From contig DFBF01000072.1 in assembly GCA_002367285.1 (NCBI GenBank), positions 1 through 35,301 of the forward strand: a stretch of 35,301 nucleotides of DNA. Direction: 5' to 3'. The notes beneath the pieces are model-generated. The model was not told the origin of the DNA. It ran no database searches and worked only from the letters and a program-made list of their open reading frames with translations. Position numbers and translations under genes: made by a program. This DNA comes from Rhodobacteraceae bacterium UBA3087 (GTDB lineage Bacteria; Pseudomonadota; Alphaproteobacteria; Rhodobacterales; Rhodobacteraceae). This document shows, in pieces, positions 9,866 to 18,362 of the stretch; position 1 is the stretch's first letter, and each line of letters begins with the position of its first letter.

Positions 9866-12637
9866 ATGACCGAGATTAGCCGCGTAGCGCTGTTTGGCAA
9901 GCTGAACAAGCTGGGGTATCAGGCCGTTGAAAGTGCAACGGTGTTCTGCAAGATGCGGGGGAATCCCTATGTCGAGGTGGTGCATTGGATGCACCAGATC
10001 CTGAACGGGCAGGACAGTGATATCCACCGGATCATCCAGCATTACGATCTGGACCCGGGCAAAATCGCCAGCGAGATGACCCGCGCGCTGGATATGCTGC
10101 CACGCGGGGCCAGCACGATTTCCGACCTGTCTGATCATCTGATGGATGCGATGGAACGCGGCTGGGTCTGGGGTTCGTTGCTGTATTCCGCAAATCAGGT
10201 GCGCACCGGTTATCTGTTGCTGGGGATGCTGAAAACCCCGGCCTTGCGAAACATCCTGTCCGGTATTTCGACGGAACTGGCCGGCATCGGCCCAGACGAC
10301 CTGGCCGACAATTTCAACGCGGCCACCGATGGTTCCCCCGAAGAACGGCTGGTGCCGCAGGATGGCACGCAAACGGGCGGCGGGGCTGTCCCGGGCGAAG
10401 CCTCGGATGCGATGTCCGCCCAGATGGGCGAACAAGAGGCGCTGTCTCAGTTCTGCACGGACATGACCGAACAAGCGCGCAACGGTGAAATCGACCCTAT
10501 TGTTGGTCGGGACGAGGAAATTCGCCAGATTGTCGACGTTCTGATGCGCCGTCGCCAGAACAACCCGATCCTGACGGGCGAGGCTGGCGTGGGCAAAACG
10601 GCGGTGGTCGAAGGGTTCGCGCTGCGCATCGCGCGCGGGGATGTGCCGCCTGCCTTGCAAGGCGCTCGGCTTTTGATGCTGGACGTGGGTCTGTTGCAGG
10701 CTGGGGCCAGTATGAAGGGTGAGTTCGAGAACCGTTTGAAGCAGGTCATCGAAGAGGTGCAGGCCAGTTCGACGCCAATCGTGATGTTTATAGACGAAAC
10801 ACATACACTGGTCGGGGCGGGGGGGGCTGCCGGAACCGGCGACGCCGCCAACCTGCTGAAACCTGCCCTGGCGCGGGGTACTTTGCGAACAATTGGCGCA
10901 ACAACATGGGCCGAATACAAAAAGCATATCGAAAAAGATCCTGCCCTGACCCGCAGATTTCAGGTGGTTCAGGTTGATGAGCCTGATGAGCAAAAGGCCA
11001 TCAAGATGATGCGCGGAATTGCGGGTATGCTTGAACGTCACCACGATGTTCAAATTCTGGACGAGGCAATTGAGGCTTCGGTAAAACTCTCGGCGCGCTA
11101 TATTCCTGCACGACAGCTTCCGGATAAATCGGTTAGTTTGTTGGACACAGCGGCAGCTCGTGTTTCGATTTCTCAGCATGCCGTTCCAGCCGAAGTCGAT
11201 GATTCTCAGCGGCGCATTCAGTCGCTGGAAACCGAACTTGAAATACTTGGACGCGAAGATGACTCTGGTTACGATGTCGTCGAACGCAAGCGGTATGTCG
11301 AAGAACTGCTGTTTCAGGAAAAAGGACGGTGCGCCAAGCTGGAAGAACGATGGGAAATGGAAAAATCCATTGTTTCGTCGATCAAAGATTGGTGGTCAAA
11401 GGTTACGGGTGCGGAACTGCCTGTGACCGATGCCTCTGACGCAGGTGATCAAGATGTGGCGACAGATAAGGATGCCGCCGCAAAAAGCGAAAACCAAGAA
11501 TCCGTATCTGCCGACGACGCCAAAGCAAGCGATCAGGACAGGTCGCAATTCTTGACCGAGCTGCGAAAGAAACGCGCGGAACTTACAGAGTTCCAGGGTG
11601 AATCTCCGATGGTACAGCCTATTGTTGATGCTCAGGTCGTAGCATCCGTTGTCGGCGACTGGACCGGCATCCCGGTTGGCCGCATGGTCAAGGACGAGAT
11701 CGAAACCATCCTGAACCTCGAAGAACACCTTGCCAAGCGGGTGATCGGCCAGGATCACGCGATGCAGATGATCGTCAAGCGCATTCAGACATCCCGCGCC
11801 GGGCTGGACAACCCGTCCAAACCCATCGGGGTCTTCCTGCTGGCAGGCACCAGCGGCGTGGGTAAAACCGAAACCGCGCTGGCGCTGGCCGAGGTGATGT
11901 ACGGCGGCGAACAGAACGTCATCACCATCAACATGTCCGAATACCAAGAGGCGCATACCGTCAGTTCCCTGAAAGGCGCCCCCCCCGGCTATGTCGGCTA
12001 CGGCGAAGGCGGGGTGCTGACCGAGGCGGTTCGGCGCAAGCCTTATTCAGTGGTGCTGCTGGACGAGGTCGAAAAGGCCCACCCGGACGTGCACGAGATC
12101 TTTTTCCAGGTGTTCGACAAGGGCGTGATGGAAGACGGCGAAGGCCGCACCATTGATTTCAAGAACACCCTGATCCTGCTGACGTCGAACGCCGGGTCGG
12201 AATTGATCATGGATCTGTGTTCAGATCCTGATCTGCTGCCAGAACCCGAAGGCATCGCCAAGGCGCTGCGCGATCCGTTGCTGAAAATCTTTCCGGCGGC
12301 GTTGCTGGGGCGCTTGGTATCGATCCCCTATTATCCGTTGTCGCCCGATATGATCGCCAAGATCACCGTTCTGCAACTGAACCGCATCAAGAAACGCGTG
12401 ACCGAGGCACACGGTGTGCCGTTCGAATACTCTGACGCGGTGGTCGACAAGATTGTCGAACGTTGCCAGGAACTGGAAAGCGGTGGCCGGATGATCGACG
12501 CGATTGTCACCAATACCATGCTGCCCGATATCTCGGCGGAATTCCTGCGCCGGATGATGGAAAGTAAAGACATCAACCGCGTGGCTATCGATGTCCAGGA
12601 TGATGGGTTCACCTATTCGTTTGATGCAGTTGAGTGA
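9866..12637 (+). CDS. clpV: T6SS AAA+ ATPase ClpV (TssH), 923 aa
   Basis: Start MTEISRVALFGKLN at 9866 (the upstream ORF extension overlaps tssG). Two Walker A motifs (GEAGVGKT, GTSGVGKT), Walker B motifs FIDE and LLDE, and PPGYVGYG. Confidence 0.97.
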   Translation: MTEISRVALFGKLNKLGYQAVESATVFCKMRGNPYVEVVHWMHQILNGQDSDIHRIIQHYDLDPGKIASEMTRALDMLPRGASTISDLSDHLMDAMERGWVWGSLLYSANQVRTGYLLLGMLKTPALRNILSGISTELAGIGPDDLADNFNAATDGSPEERLVPQDGTQTGGGAVPGEASDAMSAQMGEQEALSQFCTDMTEQARNGEIDPIVGRDEEIRQIVDVLMRRRQNNPILTGEAGVGKTAVVEGFALRIARGDVPPALQGARLLMLDVGLLQAGASMKGEFENRLKQVIEEVQASSTPIVMFIDETHTLVGAGGAAGTGDAANLLKPALARGTLRTIGATTWAEYKKHIEKDPALTRRFQVVQVDEPDEQKAIKMMRGIAGMLERHHDVQILDEAIEASVKLSARYIPARQLPDKSVSLLDTAAARVSISQHAVPAEVDDSQRRIQSLETELEILGREDDSGYDVVERKRYVEELLFQEKGRCAKLEERWEMEKSIVSSIKDWWSKVTGAELPVTDASDAGDQDVATDKDAAAKSENQESVSADDAKASDQDRSQFLTELRKKRAELTEFQGESPMVQPIVDAQVVASVVGDWTGIPVGRMVKDEIETILNLEEHLAKRVIGQDHAMQMIVKRIQTSRAGLDNPSKPIGVFLLAGTSGVGKTETALALAEVMYGGEQNVITINMSEYQEAHTVSSLKGAPPGYVGYGEGGVLTEAVRRKPYSVVLLDEVEKAHPDVHEIFFQVFDKGVMEDGEGRTIDFKNTLILLTSNAGSELIMDLCSDPDLLPEPEGIAKALRDPLLKIFPAALLGRLVSIPYYPLSPDMIAKITVLQLNRIKKRVTEAHGVPFEYSDAVVDKIVERCQELESGGRMIDAIVTNTMLPDISAEFLRRMMESKDINRVAIDVQDDGFTYSFDAVE

Positions 12638-12646
12638 GGCACCGAT

Positions 12647-13870
12647 ATGGCAACCGTAAACATTCCCATTTGTACAAATGATATGAAGCGGCCGCTAAAG
12701 GCTGCCACCAACCTGAAACATACAGTTCTGCCCAAGACCCTGAAATTCGAAGTCTATCTGCAGGTCGACAAGGAACTGCAGGAACAGATCGAAAATGACG
12801 CGGTTCTGGCTGAAAAGTTATTCAAGAAGGTCAGCGTAGAATACAAAAAAACCGTGACCGATCTTGCGGCAGTGGCCACGGATATCGACCGCGAATTTGG
12901 TAAGGAACTGAAACCCAAAGGCTGGGTTGAAAAAGAATGGCAGAAACGCGCGCCAGAGGTTTTTGAAGATGCCGAGGCGCGGATGCTGACCGAGTCCCGC
13001 AAACTGATCAAGAAATGGCAACAGGTCCGCAAAGATCGTAAAAGCTATGTCATCAAGTCGGCGGTCAAGGTGACAATCGGGTCTTTGTCGGTGGCGACGG
13101 CCTCTTTGGGAACTGCAATTGCCATTGGTGGGGTCGCCACCACTGGCGGCGCGGCGGTTCCGGGGCTGGTCGCGGCGATTTACGCCAACGTCAAAGCGGT
13201 GATTGCGCTGGACAAGGTGCTGCGACGGCTAAAGCGGGACGTGGATGAGGCGGAACAGGAACTGTGGAAGCAGTTGCGCTATCTTCTGGACGCCTATGCC
13301 GACAACACAAAAGGCCAGGTTGCTACCAAGGAACTGGCCAAAGCCGCAGTAGAGCAGTTTTTTTCCGTGTCGATGAAAAGCATCTCGAACGGCGAAAACG
13401 CGATGTTCGATTTCAAAGGCAAGCTCGACAAGGTTGAAATCAACCTGTCGAAAATGGGGATCAAGCTGAACAAGGCATTGACGGATCAGGCGGCCCTGGA
13501 CAAGCAGATCGAAGACAAGATCGGCAAGATGCTGAAACAGGCCAATTACAAATCCAAGAAACTGCCCAAGCTGGTGGCCTCTAGTAAAAAGCTGAACACC
13601 GCCGTCAACGATCTGTTGACCGATATCCCGTTGGCAATCCGCAAGGTTGATGGCGCCCGTGTTCGGCATCGCACGATGTACAAGCCCGCGATGGTGAACC
13701 TGAAAGCCAAGAAACCCGAATGGGTGCAATATGGCGAGGCTGCGCTGAAACTGGGTGATTTGGCGCTGGGCGCTGGGTTCACAGATTTCAGCGCGCTGGA
13801 TAGCATTCTGGTTCTGGTTGATTCAATCGGGGTAGAGTTTGACGACGTCCTGGCAGAAAAGCTTTTGTGA
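12647..13870 (+). CDS. Hypothetical Lys-rich helical protein with a central hydrophobic hairpin (candidate membrane-active effector)
   Basis: 407-aa ORF 9 nt after the clpV stop, GAGG RBS, no signal peptide. Near-uncharged Gly/Ala/Val segment at about aa 140-188. Confidence 0.8.
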   Translation: MATVNIPICTNDMKRPLKAATNLKHTVLPKTLKFEVYLQVDKELQEQIENDAVLAEKLFKKVSVEYKKTVTDLAAVATDIDREFGKELKPKGWVEKEWQKRAPEVFEDAEARMLTESRKLIKKWQQVRKDRKSYVIKSAVKVTIGSLSVATASLGTAIAIGGVATTGGAAVPGLVAAIYANVKAVIALDKVLRRLKRDVDEAEQELWKQLRYLLDAYADNTKGQVATKELAKAAVEQFFSVSMKSISNGENAMFDFKGKLDKVEINLSKMGIKLNKALTDQAALDKQIEDKIGKMLKQANYKSKKLPKLVASSKKLNTAVNDLLTDIPLAIRKVDGARVRHRTMYKPAMVNLKAKKPEWVQYGEAALKLGDLALGAGFTDFSALDSILVLVDSIGVEFDDVLAEKLL

Positions 13871-13941
13871 GTGGGCCAGTAGGCAAGATGACATAGCATT
13901 GGATCGGCACAAGATGGCTCTGACAGTCGGGAATCGGGATC

Positions 13942-14796
13942 ATGGATGAGATGACGGAAAACACCTCACAGACGTCACGCGACAAAGCTCGGGCGTTTGT
14001 CGAACGCAAGGCGGTGACAAATTCGATCCTGGGTGTGATCATCTTCAACGCGATCACGTTGGGCATGTCGACATCCCACGTTATCATGGCAGAAATCGGC
14101 GGCCTTTTGAACGTGATCGACAAGGTGGTTCTGACGATCTTCGTGGCCGAACTGCTGGTGAAATTCTATGCCTATCGCTGGAGTTTCTTCAAAAACGCCT
14201 GGAACATTTTCGACCTGTTGGTCGTCAGCATCGGCCTGTTGCCGGACAGGGGTGGGTTGTCGGCCTTGCGGGGTCTGCGGGTGATCCGGGCGATGCGGCT
14301 GCTATCCGTTGTGCCGCAGATGCGCGCCGTTGTGCAGGCGTTGCTGGACGCGCTGCCGGGGATGGGCGCGGTCATCATCATGTTGTCGATCGTTTATTAC
14401 GTCTTTGCCGTCATGGCGACGCTGATGTATGGGCCGACCTTTGATGTCTGGTTTGGCACGCTTGGTCGATCACTGTATTCTCTGTTCCAGATCATGACGT
14501 TGGAAAGCTGGTCAATGGGCATTGTGCGCCCGGTGATGGTTGAACACCCGACGGCCTGGGCGTTCTTTGTTCCCTTCATCATCATCACCGCGTTTTCTGT
14601 TCTGAACCTGTTCATCGGTCTGCTGGTCAACACCATGCAATCCGCAGTGGAGGACGAGGCCGAGGCGGAATTTGAAAAGCTGCGCGATCTGGTAAAATCT
14701 GAAACCGATCTGGTGGACGAACACGTTCTTGCGATGCACCAAGAGATCAAGGCGCTGCGGGCAGAGGTGGTTGCGATGAAAGGTAACGGCACATGA
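13942..14796 (+). CDS. Bacterial voltage-gated sodium channel (BacNav, NaChBac/NavAb family)
   Basis: Six hydrophobic segments; S3 WNIFD; S4 LRGLRVIRAMRLL (14269-14298); S4-S5 linker PQMRAVV; filter TLESWSM (14497-14517); S6 NLFIG; C-terminal coiled coil. Confidence 0.95.
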   Translation: MDEMTENTSQTSRDKARAFVERKAVTNSILGVIIFNAITLGMSTSHVIMAEIGGLLNVIDKVVLTIFVAELLVKFYAYRWSFFKNAWNIFDLLVVSIGLLPDRGGLSALRGLRVIRAMRLLSVVPQMRAVVQALLDALPGMGAVIIMLSIVYYVFAVMATLMYGPTFDVWFGTLGRSLYSLFQIMTLESWSMGIVRPVMVEHPTAWAFFVPFIIITAFSVLNLFIGLLVNTMQSAVEDEAEAEFEKLRDLVKSETDLVDEHVLAMHQEIKALRAEVVAMKGNGT

Positions 14797-17700
14797 CGGA
14801 CAGCTCACAGAAATTCATTGCCCGCAACCGCGCCCCACGGGTCCAGATCGAATATGATGTGGAACTTTACGGGTCCGAGAAGAAAGTGCAGCTGCCCTTT
14901 GTCATGGGGGTGATGTCTGATCTGTCGGGCAGGTCAAAGGTTCAACAGCCAAGTATCGCAGATCGCAGTTTTCTGGAAATTGACGTCGATAATTTCGATG
15001 ACCGGATGCGCGCGATGCAACCGCGCGCGGCATTTTCGGTGCCCAATACCCTGACGGGCGAAGGCAATATCGCCATCGATCTGACCTTCGAAAAGATGGA
15101 TGACTTTTCCCCGGCGGCAATTGCGGCCAAGGTCGAACCGCTGCGCCCCTTGCTAGAGGCGCGCAGTCAGCTATCTGATCTGATGGCCTATATGGATGGC
15201 AAAGCCGGTGCCGAGGCGCTGATCGAAAAGATCCTGTCGGACCCGGCTTTGTTATCGGCGGTGTCCAGTGCCGCATCCGCAGACGGTGACCAAACCGCCG
15301 CGCTGGACAGTCTGCGCGCGCTGACACCAGAGGATCCGCCGGACACCGATAGTACAGGCGGCATTCTGGATGCTCTGAAGGGCAACGCACCCGAAGATGC
15401 GCCCATTCCGGATCGTAGTGCTGACGTTCTGTCCAACCTGGCCGCCCTGCCGGTTACGCAAAACCTGACACCAGATACATCCGACGCTGTCTTTGACGGC
15501 TTGCGGCAAGCTGCGCCCGAAGACACGCCGCAAGACAATTCCCAGAGCGACGCCCTCGCCGCGCTGCGCACCCAGACTCCGGTAGATCAGCAGGGGCCCG
15601 ACACCGCAACAGAAGACGCGCTTGCAGCTCTGGCGGCTCAAACCCCGCAGGCCGTTGAAGAGGTTGATACAACTTCTGCTGCTTTCGGCAGCCTGGCCGC
15701 AGTGGAAACGCCCGAGATCATGGACGAGTCTCCTGATGCTCTGCTTACTGACCTTGCCAGTTCCGCGCCCATCGCCGCGCCGGAACCAGATAATACAACC
15801 GCTGCGCTGGACAGCCTGGCCGACCTTGAAGTGTCGGCAGCTGTCGAAGACACGACGGACGACCTTTTGGCGGAGCTGGCCGAAACCGCGCCCACGGTTG
15901 CGCCGGAACCGGATAACACCGTTTCCGCATTGGATAGCCTTTCTGGCCTCGAAATACCCGAGGTTGCGCAGGACACGACAGACGATTTGCTAGCCGAACT
16001 CGCCGGATCTGTGTCCAAAGAACCGTCGGAACCAGACACTATATCGGCTGCATTGGACAGTTTGGCCGGACTAGACGTGCCTGAGCGCGCGGAAGAAACA
16101 ATAGATGATCTGTTGGCTGATCTCGCGGATGCCGCCCCCGAAGCGATCGCTGAGTCGGAGGATGCAGCGTTAGTGGCTTTTGACAGTCTTGCTGACCTGG
16201 AAACCCCCGAGGATGGGGGCGCGGATACGCTGGACGACCTGCTGGCCGAAGACACTGGTATCGACGACTTTGATGATCTGTTGGGCGATCTTGGGCCGGA
16301 CGATACAGATGTTGCAGCAGTTGCGGAAACAGAGCCTGAAGCAACCGATCTTGACGATCTATTGGCCGAAGACTCAGGTACCGGCGACCTTGACGATCTG
16401 TTGGGCGATCTTGGGATGGACGACGCAACATCTGACACTGCGGCGGAAACGGTGGAAACTGCGGCAGAGGCGGACGAATTGGACGATCTGCTGGGCGATC
16501 TGGAGGATGATGCAGGCGACGATCTGGACGACCTTCTTGGGGACCTTGACGATCTCGGTGACGGTGAATCGGAGCAGGCAAGTACCACCTCGGATCCGGT
16601 GGGGGCGTCCTTATCGAAAGAGCCGGAATTTGCCTATGGTCAGCTCAGCGCTGACCGGCCCAGCGCCGAGCGGTTGAACCGAAAACGGTTCCGGTTGGCG
16701 GTCTTGGGCGACTTTTCCGGTCGGGCGGCGCGGGGGCAGTTGGAAACCGGTGATGCGCTGGCGGCCCGCAAGCCGATCCTGCTGGATCCCGATACGGTCG
16801 AGGACGTGATCGAAGGGTTCGCCACCGATCTGGTGTTGCCCATCGGCAAGGACGGATCCGGGATTGCGGTTAAACTGGGCGGGTTGGATGATCTGCACCC
16901 GGACGAGCTTTATAAAAATGTTGAGATTTTTACTGAACTGGTGGCCCTGCGCAGGCAACTGAACAGTGGGGCCACGGCGGAAAACGCCGCCCGTCAGTTG
17001 CGGCAATGGGGTGAAAAATACGACACACATGTTGCGCCGACGCGCAGCCGGTCATCTGGCAACTCGGTGCCCGCTGACCTTAAACTCAGCGATTTCCAGA
17101 AGCTGATCGGCGACACATCAGCCACGTTGACTCTGGCGTCGCCCCTGGACGAGTTGATGGCGCAAATCGTCGGCCCGCATATCCGGACACTCCCCGATGC
17201 CGACATCGTGGCGATGCGCGGCGCGGTGGATCAGGCGCTGTCAGCCGCAATGCGACTGGTACTGCACCACCCGGAATTCCAGTCAGTCGAGGCGCAGTGG
17301 CGATCGCTCGACCTGATCGCGCGCAGTATCGAAGATGACGATACGCTGGACGTCATGCTGTATGACATTTCCGCCGAAGAGATTGCCGCCGATCTGGCAA
17401 CAGCGGATGATCTGTCGCAAACCGGCTTTGTGCGATTGCTGACCGAAGGCCCGCTGGACGAGAAAAACGGCCGCGGCGGCTATTCGGCGCTGATCGGGTT
17501 GTATACATTCGAAGAAACGCCGCCGCATGCGGAATTGCTGGGCCGGATCGCCCGGGTTGCGGCGCATGTGGACGCGCCGTTTATCGCCGCGATCACCCCG
17601 ACATTCCTGGACACTGACAAACAGAACCGTCACCCGTTGGTGGCCAATGCCTGGGACATCCTGCGCGACATGCCCGAGGCAGGGCATCTGGGCCTGGCGT

Positions 17701-18299
17701 CACCCCGGTTCCTGCTGCGCCAGCCTTATGGCGCAAAATCCGAACCTATTTATGAGTTCGAGTTCGAGGAATTCACCATGTCGGCGGGGCTGCGCGGCAT
17801 GTTATGGGCCAATCCGGTGGTTCTGGTGGCGATCCTGCTGGCGAAATCTTTCCGCCAGAACGGCGCCAGTATGGGTCTTGGGTCAATCATGTCGCTAGGC
17901 GGGATACCGTTCTATTTTGTCAATGACCGCTATGGCGATCAGGTGGCTCTGCCCTGTACCGAACGCAATCTAACACTGGATAAGGTTGAACAGGCCAATG
18001 GCCGCGGGATCATGTCGGTTGTGTCGATCAAGGGGCGCGATGAAATCCGGCTGGCATCATTCAATTCCCTGGCGGGGGCCGAAATTCTGGGCCCGTGGAG
18101 CGGCATAGAAGCGCCACCGCCATCGCCGCCAAAACCCAAACCTGCTGCCGCCGCACCCGAAACAGTGGACTCTGACGACAGTTCAGGCAACGATAGCGAT
18201 CTGGACGACCTGCTGGCGGGTTTCGGCGATGATCTGGATTTAGGCGGTGACGATGATGACACCGACGCTGATCTGGCTGCGCTGCTGGCAGATTTATAA
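14793..18299 (+). CDS. Sheath chimera: TssB + acidic repeat linker + divergent TssB-like domain + TssC N-domain + acidic tail (1168 aa)
   Basis: aa 1-154 are about 80% identical to TssB at 2946 (manual count, 29 differences). Second TssB-like domain RFRLAVLGDFSGR...LDDLHPD. TssC-like VLHHPEFQSVEAQWRSL, PRFLLRQPYG and LPCTE motifs. Confidence 0.9.
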   Translation: MTDSSQKFIARNRAPRVQIEYDVELYGSEKKVQLPFVMGVMSDLSGRSKVQQPSIADRSFLEIDVDNFDDRMRAMQPRAAFSVPNTLTGEGNIAIDLTFEKMDDFSPAAIAAKVEPLRPLLEARSQLSDLMAYMDGKAGAEALIEKILSDPALLSAVSSAASADGDQTAALDSLRALTPEDPPDTDSTGGILDALKGNAPEDAPIPDRSADVLSNLAALPVTQNLTPDTSDAVFDGLRQAAPEDTPQDNSQSDALAALRTQTPVDQQGPDTATEDALAALAAQTPQAVEEVDTTSAAFGSLAAVETPEIMDESPDALLTDLASSAPIAAPEPDNTTAALDSLADLEVSAAVEDTTDDLLAELAETAPTVAPEPDNTVSALDSLSGLEIPEVAQDTTDDLLAELAGSVSKEPSEPDTISAALDSLAGLDVPERAEETIDDLLADLADAAPEAIAESEDAALVAFDSLADLETPEDGGADTLDDLLAEDTGIDDFDDLLGDLGPDDTDVAAVAETEPEATDLDDLLAEDSGTGDLDDLLGDLGMDDATSDTAAETVETAAEADELDDLLGDLEDDAGDDLDDLLGDLDDLGDGESEQASTTSDPVGASLSKEPEFAYGQLSADRPSAERLNRKRFRLAVLGDFSGRAARGQLETGDALAARKPILLDPDTVEDVIEGFATDLVLPIGKDGSGIAVKLGGLDDLHPDELYKNVEIFTELVALRRQLNSGATAENAARQLRQWGEKYDTHVAPTRSRSSGNSVPADLKLSDFQKLIGDTSATLTLASPLDELMAQIVGPHIRTLPDADIVAMRGAVDQALSAAMRLVLHHPEFQSVEAQWRSLDLIARSIEDDDTLDVMLYDISAEEIAADLATADDLSQTGFVRLLTEGPLDEKNGRGGYSALIGLYTFEETPPHAELLGRIARVAAHVDAPFIAAITPTFLDTDKQNRHPLVANAWDILRDMPEAGHLGLASPRFLLRQPYGAKSEPIYEFEFEEFTMSAGLRGMLWANPVVLVAILLAKSFRQNGASMGLGSIMSLGGIPFYFVNDRYGDQVALPCTERNLTLDKVEQANGRGIMSVVSIKGRDEIRLASFNSLAGAEILGPWSGIEAPPPSPPKPKPAAAAPETVDSDDSSGNDSDLDDLLAGFGDDLDLGGDDDDTDADLAALLADL
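15288..16560 (+). repeat. Degenerate coding tandem repeats in the chimera linker
   Basis: About 15 units of 20-21 aa; CGGAACC recurs at 15781, 15904 and 16027 (123-bp period). Followed by DLDDLL units with a 120-bp period (16233, 16353). Confidence 0.9.
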
Positions 18300-18362
18300 T
18301 GAGCATTTTAAGACCAAAACCTATTTTCAAGCTTTACGCGACCACTCGCGAAAGGACATTCA

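Noticed and set aside
13871-13941. Sigma54-like GGCAC and a repeated CAAGATG upstream of the channel gene
   Set aside because: The GG-N10-GC spacing is not met, and a 7-nt repeat can arise by chance.
15288-16560. Possible CRISPR array or mobile-element repeats
   Set aside because: The repeats are degenerate, in frame and conserved at protein level; there are no unique spacers, cas genes or transposase.
14793-18299. Interpretation as an extracellular contractile injection system or prophage tail
   Set aside because: TssK, TssL, TssM, ClpV and TssA mark a membrane-anchored T6SS; no phage head, lysis or Afp-type genes are seen.
18300-18362. AT-rich gap before vgrG as an internal promoter
   Set aside because: No convincing consensus; composition alone is not enough.
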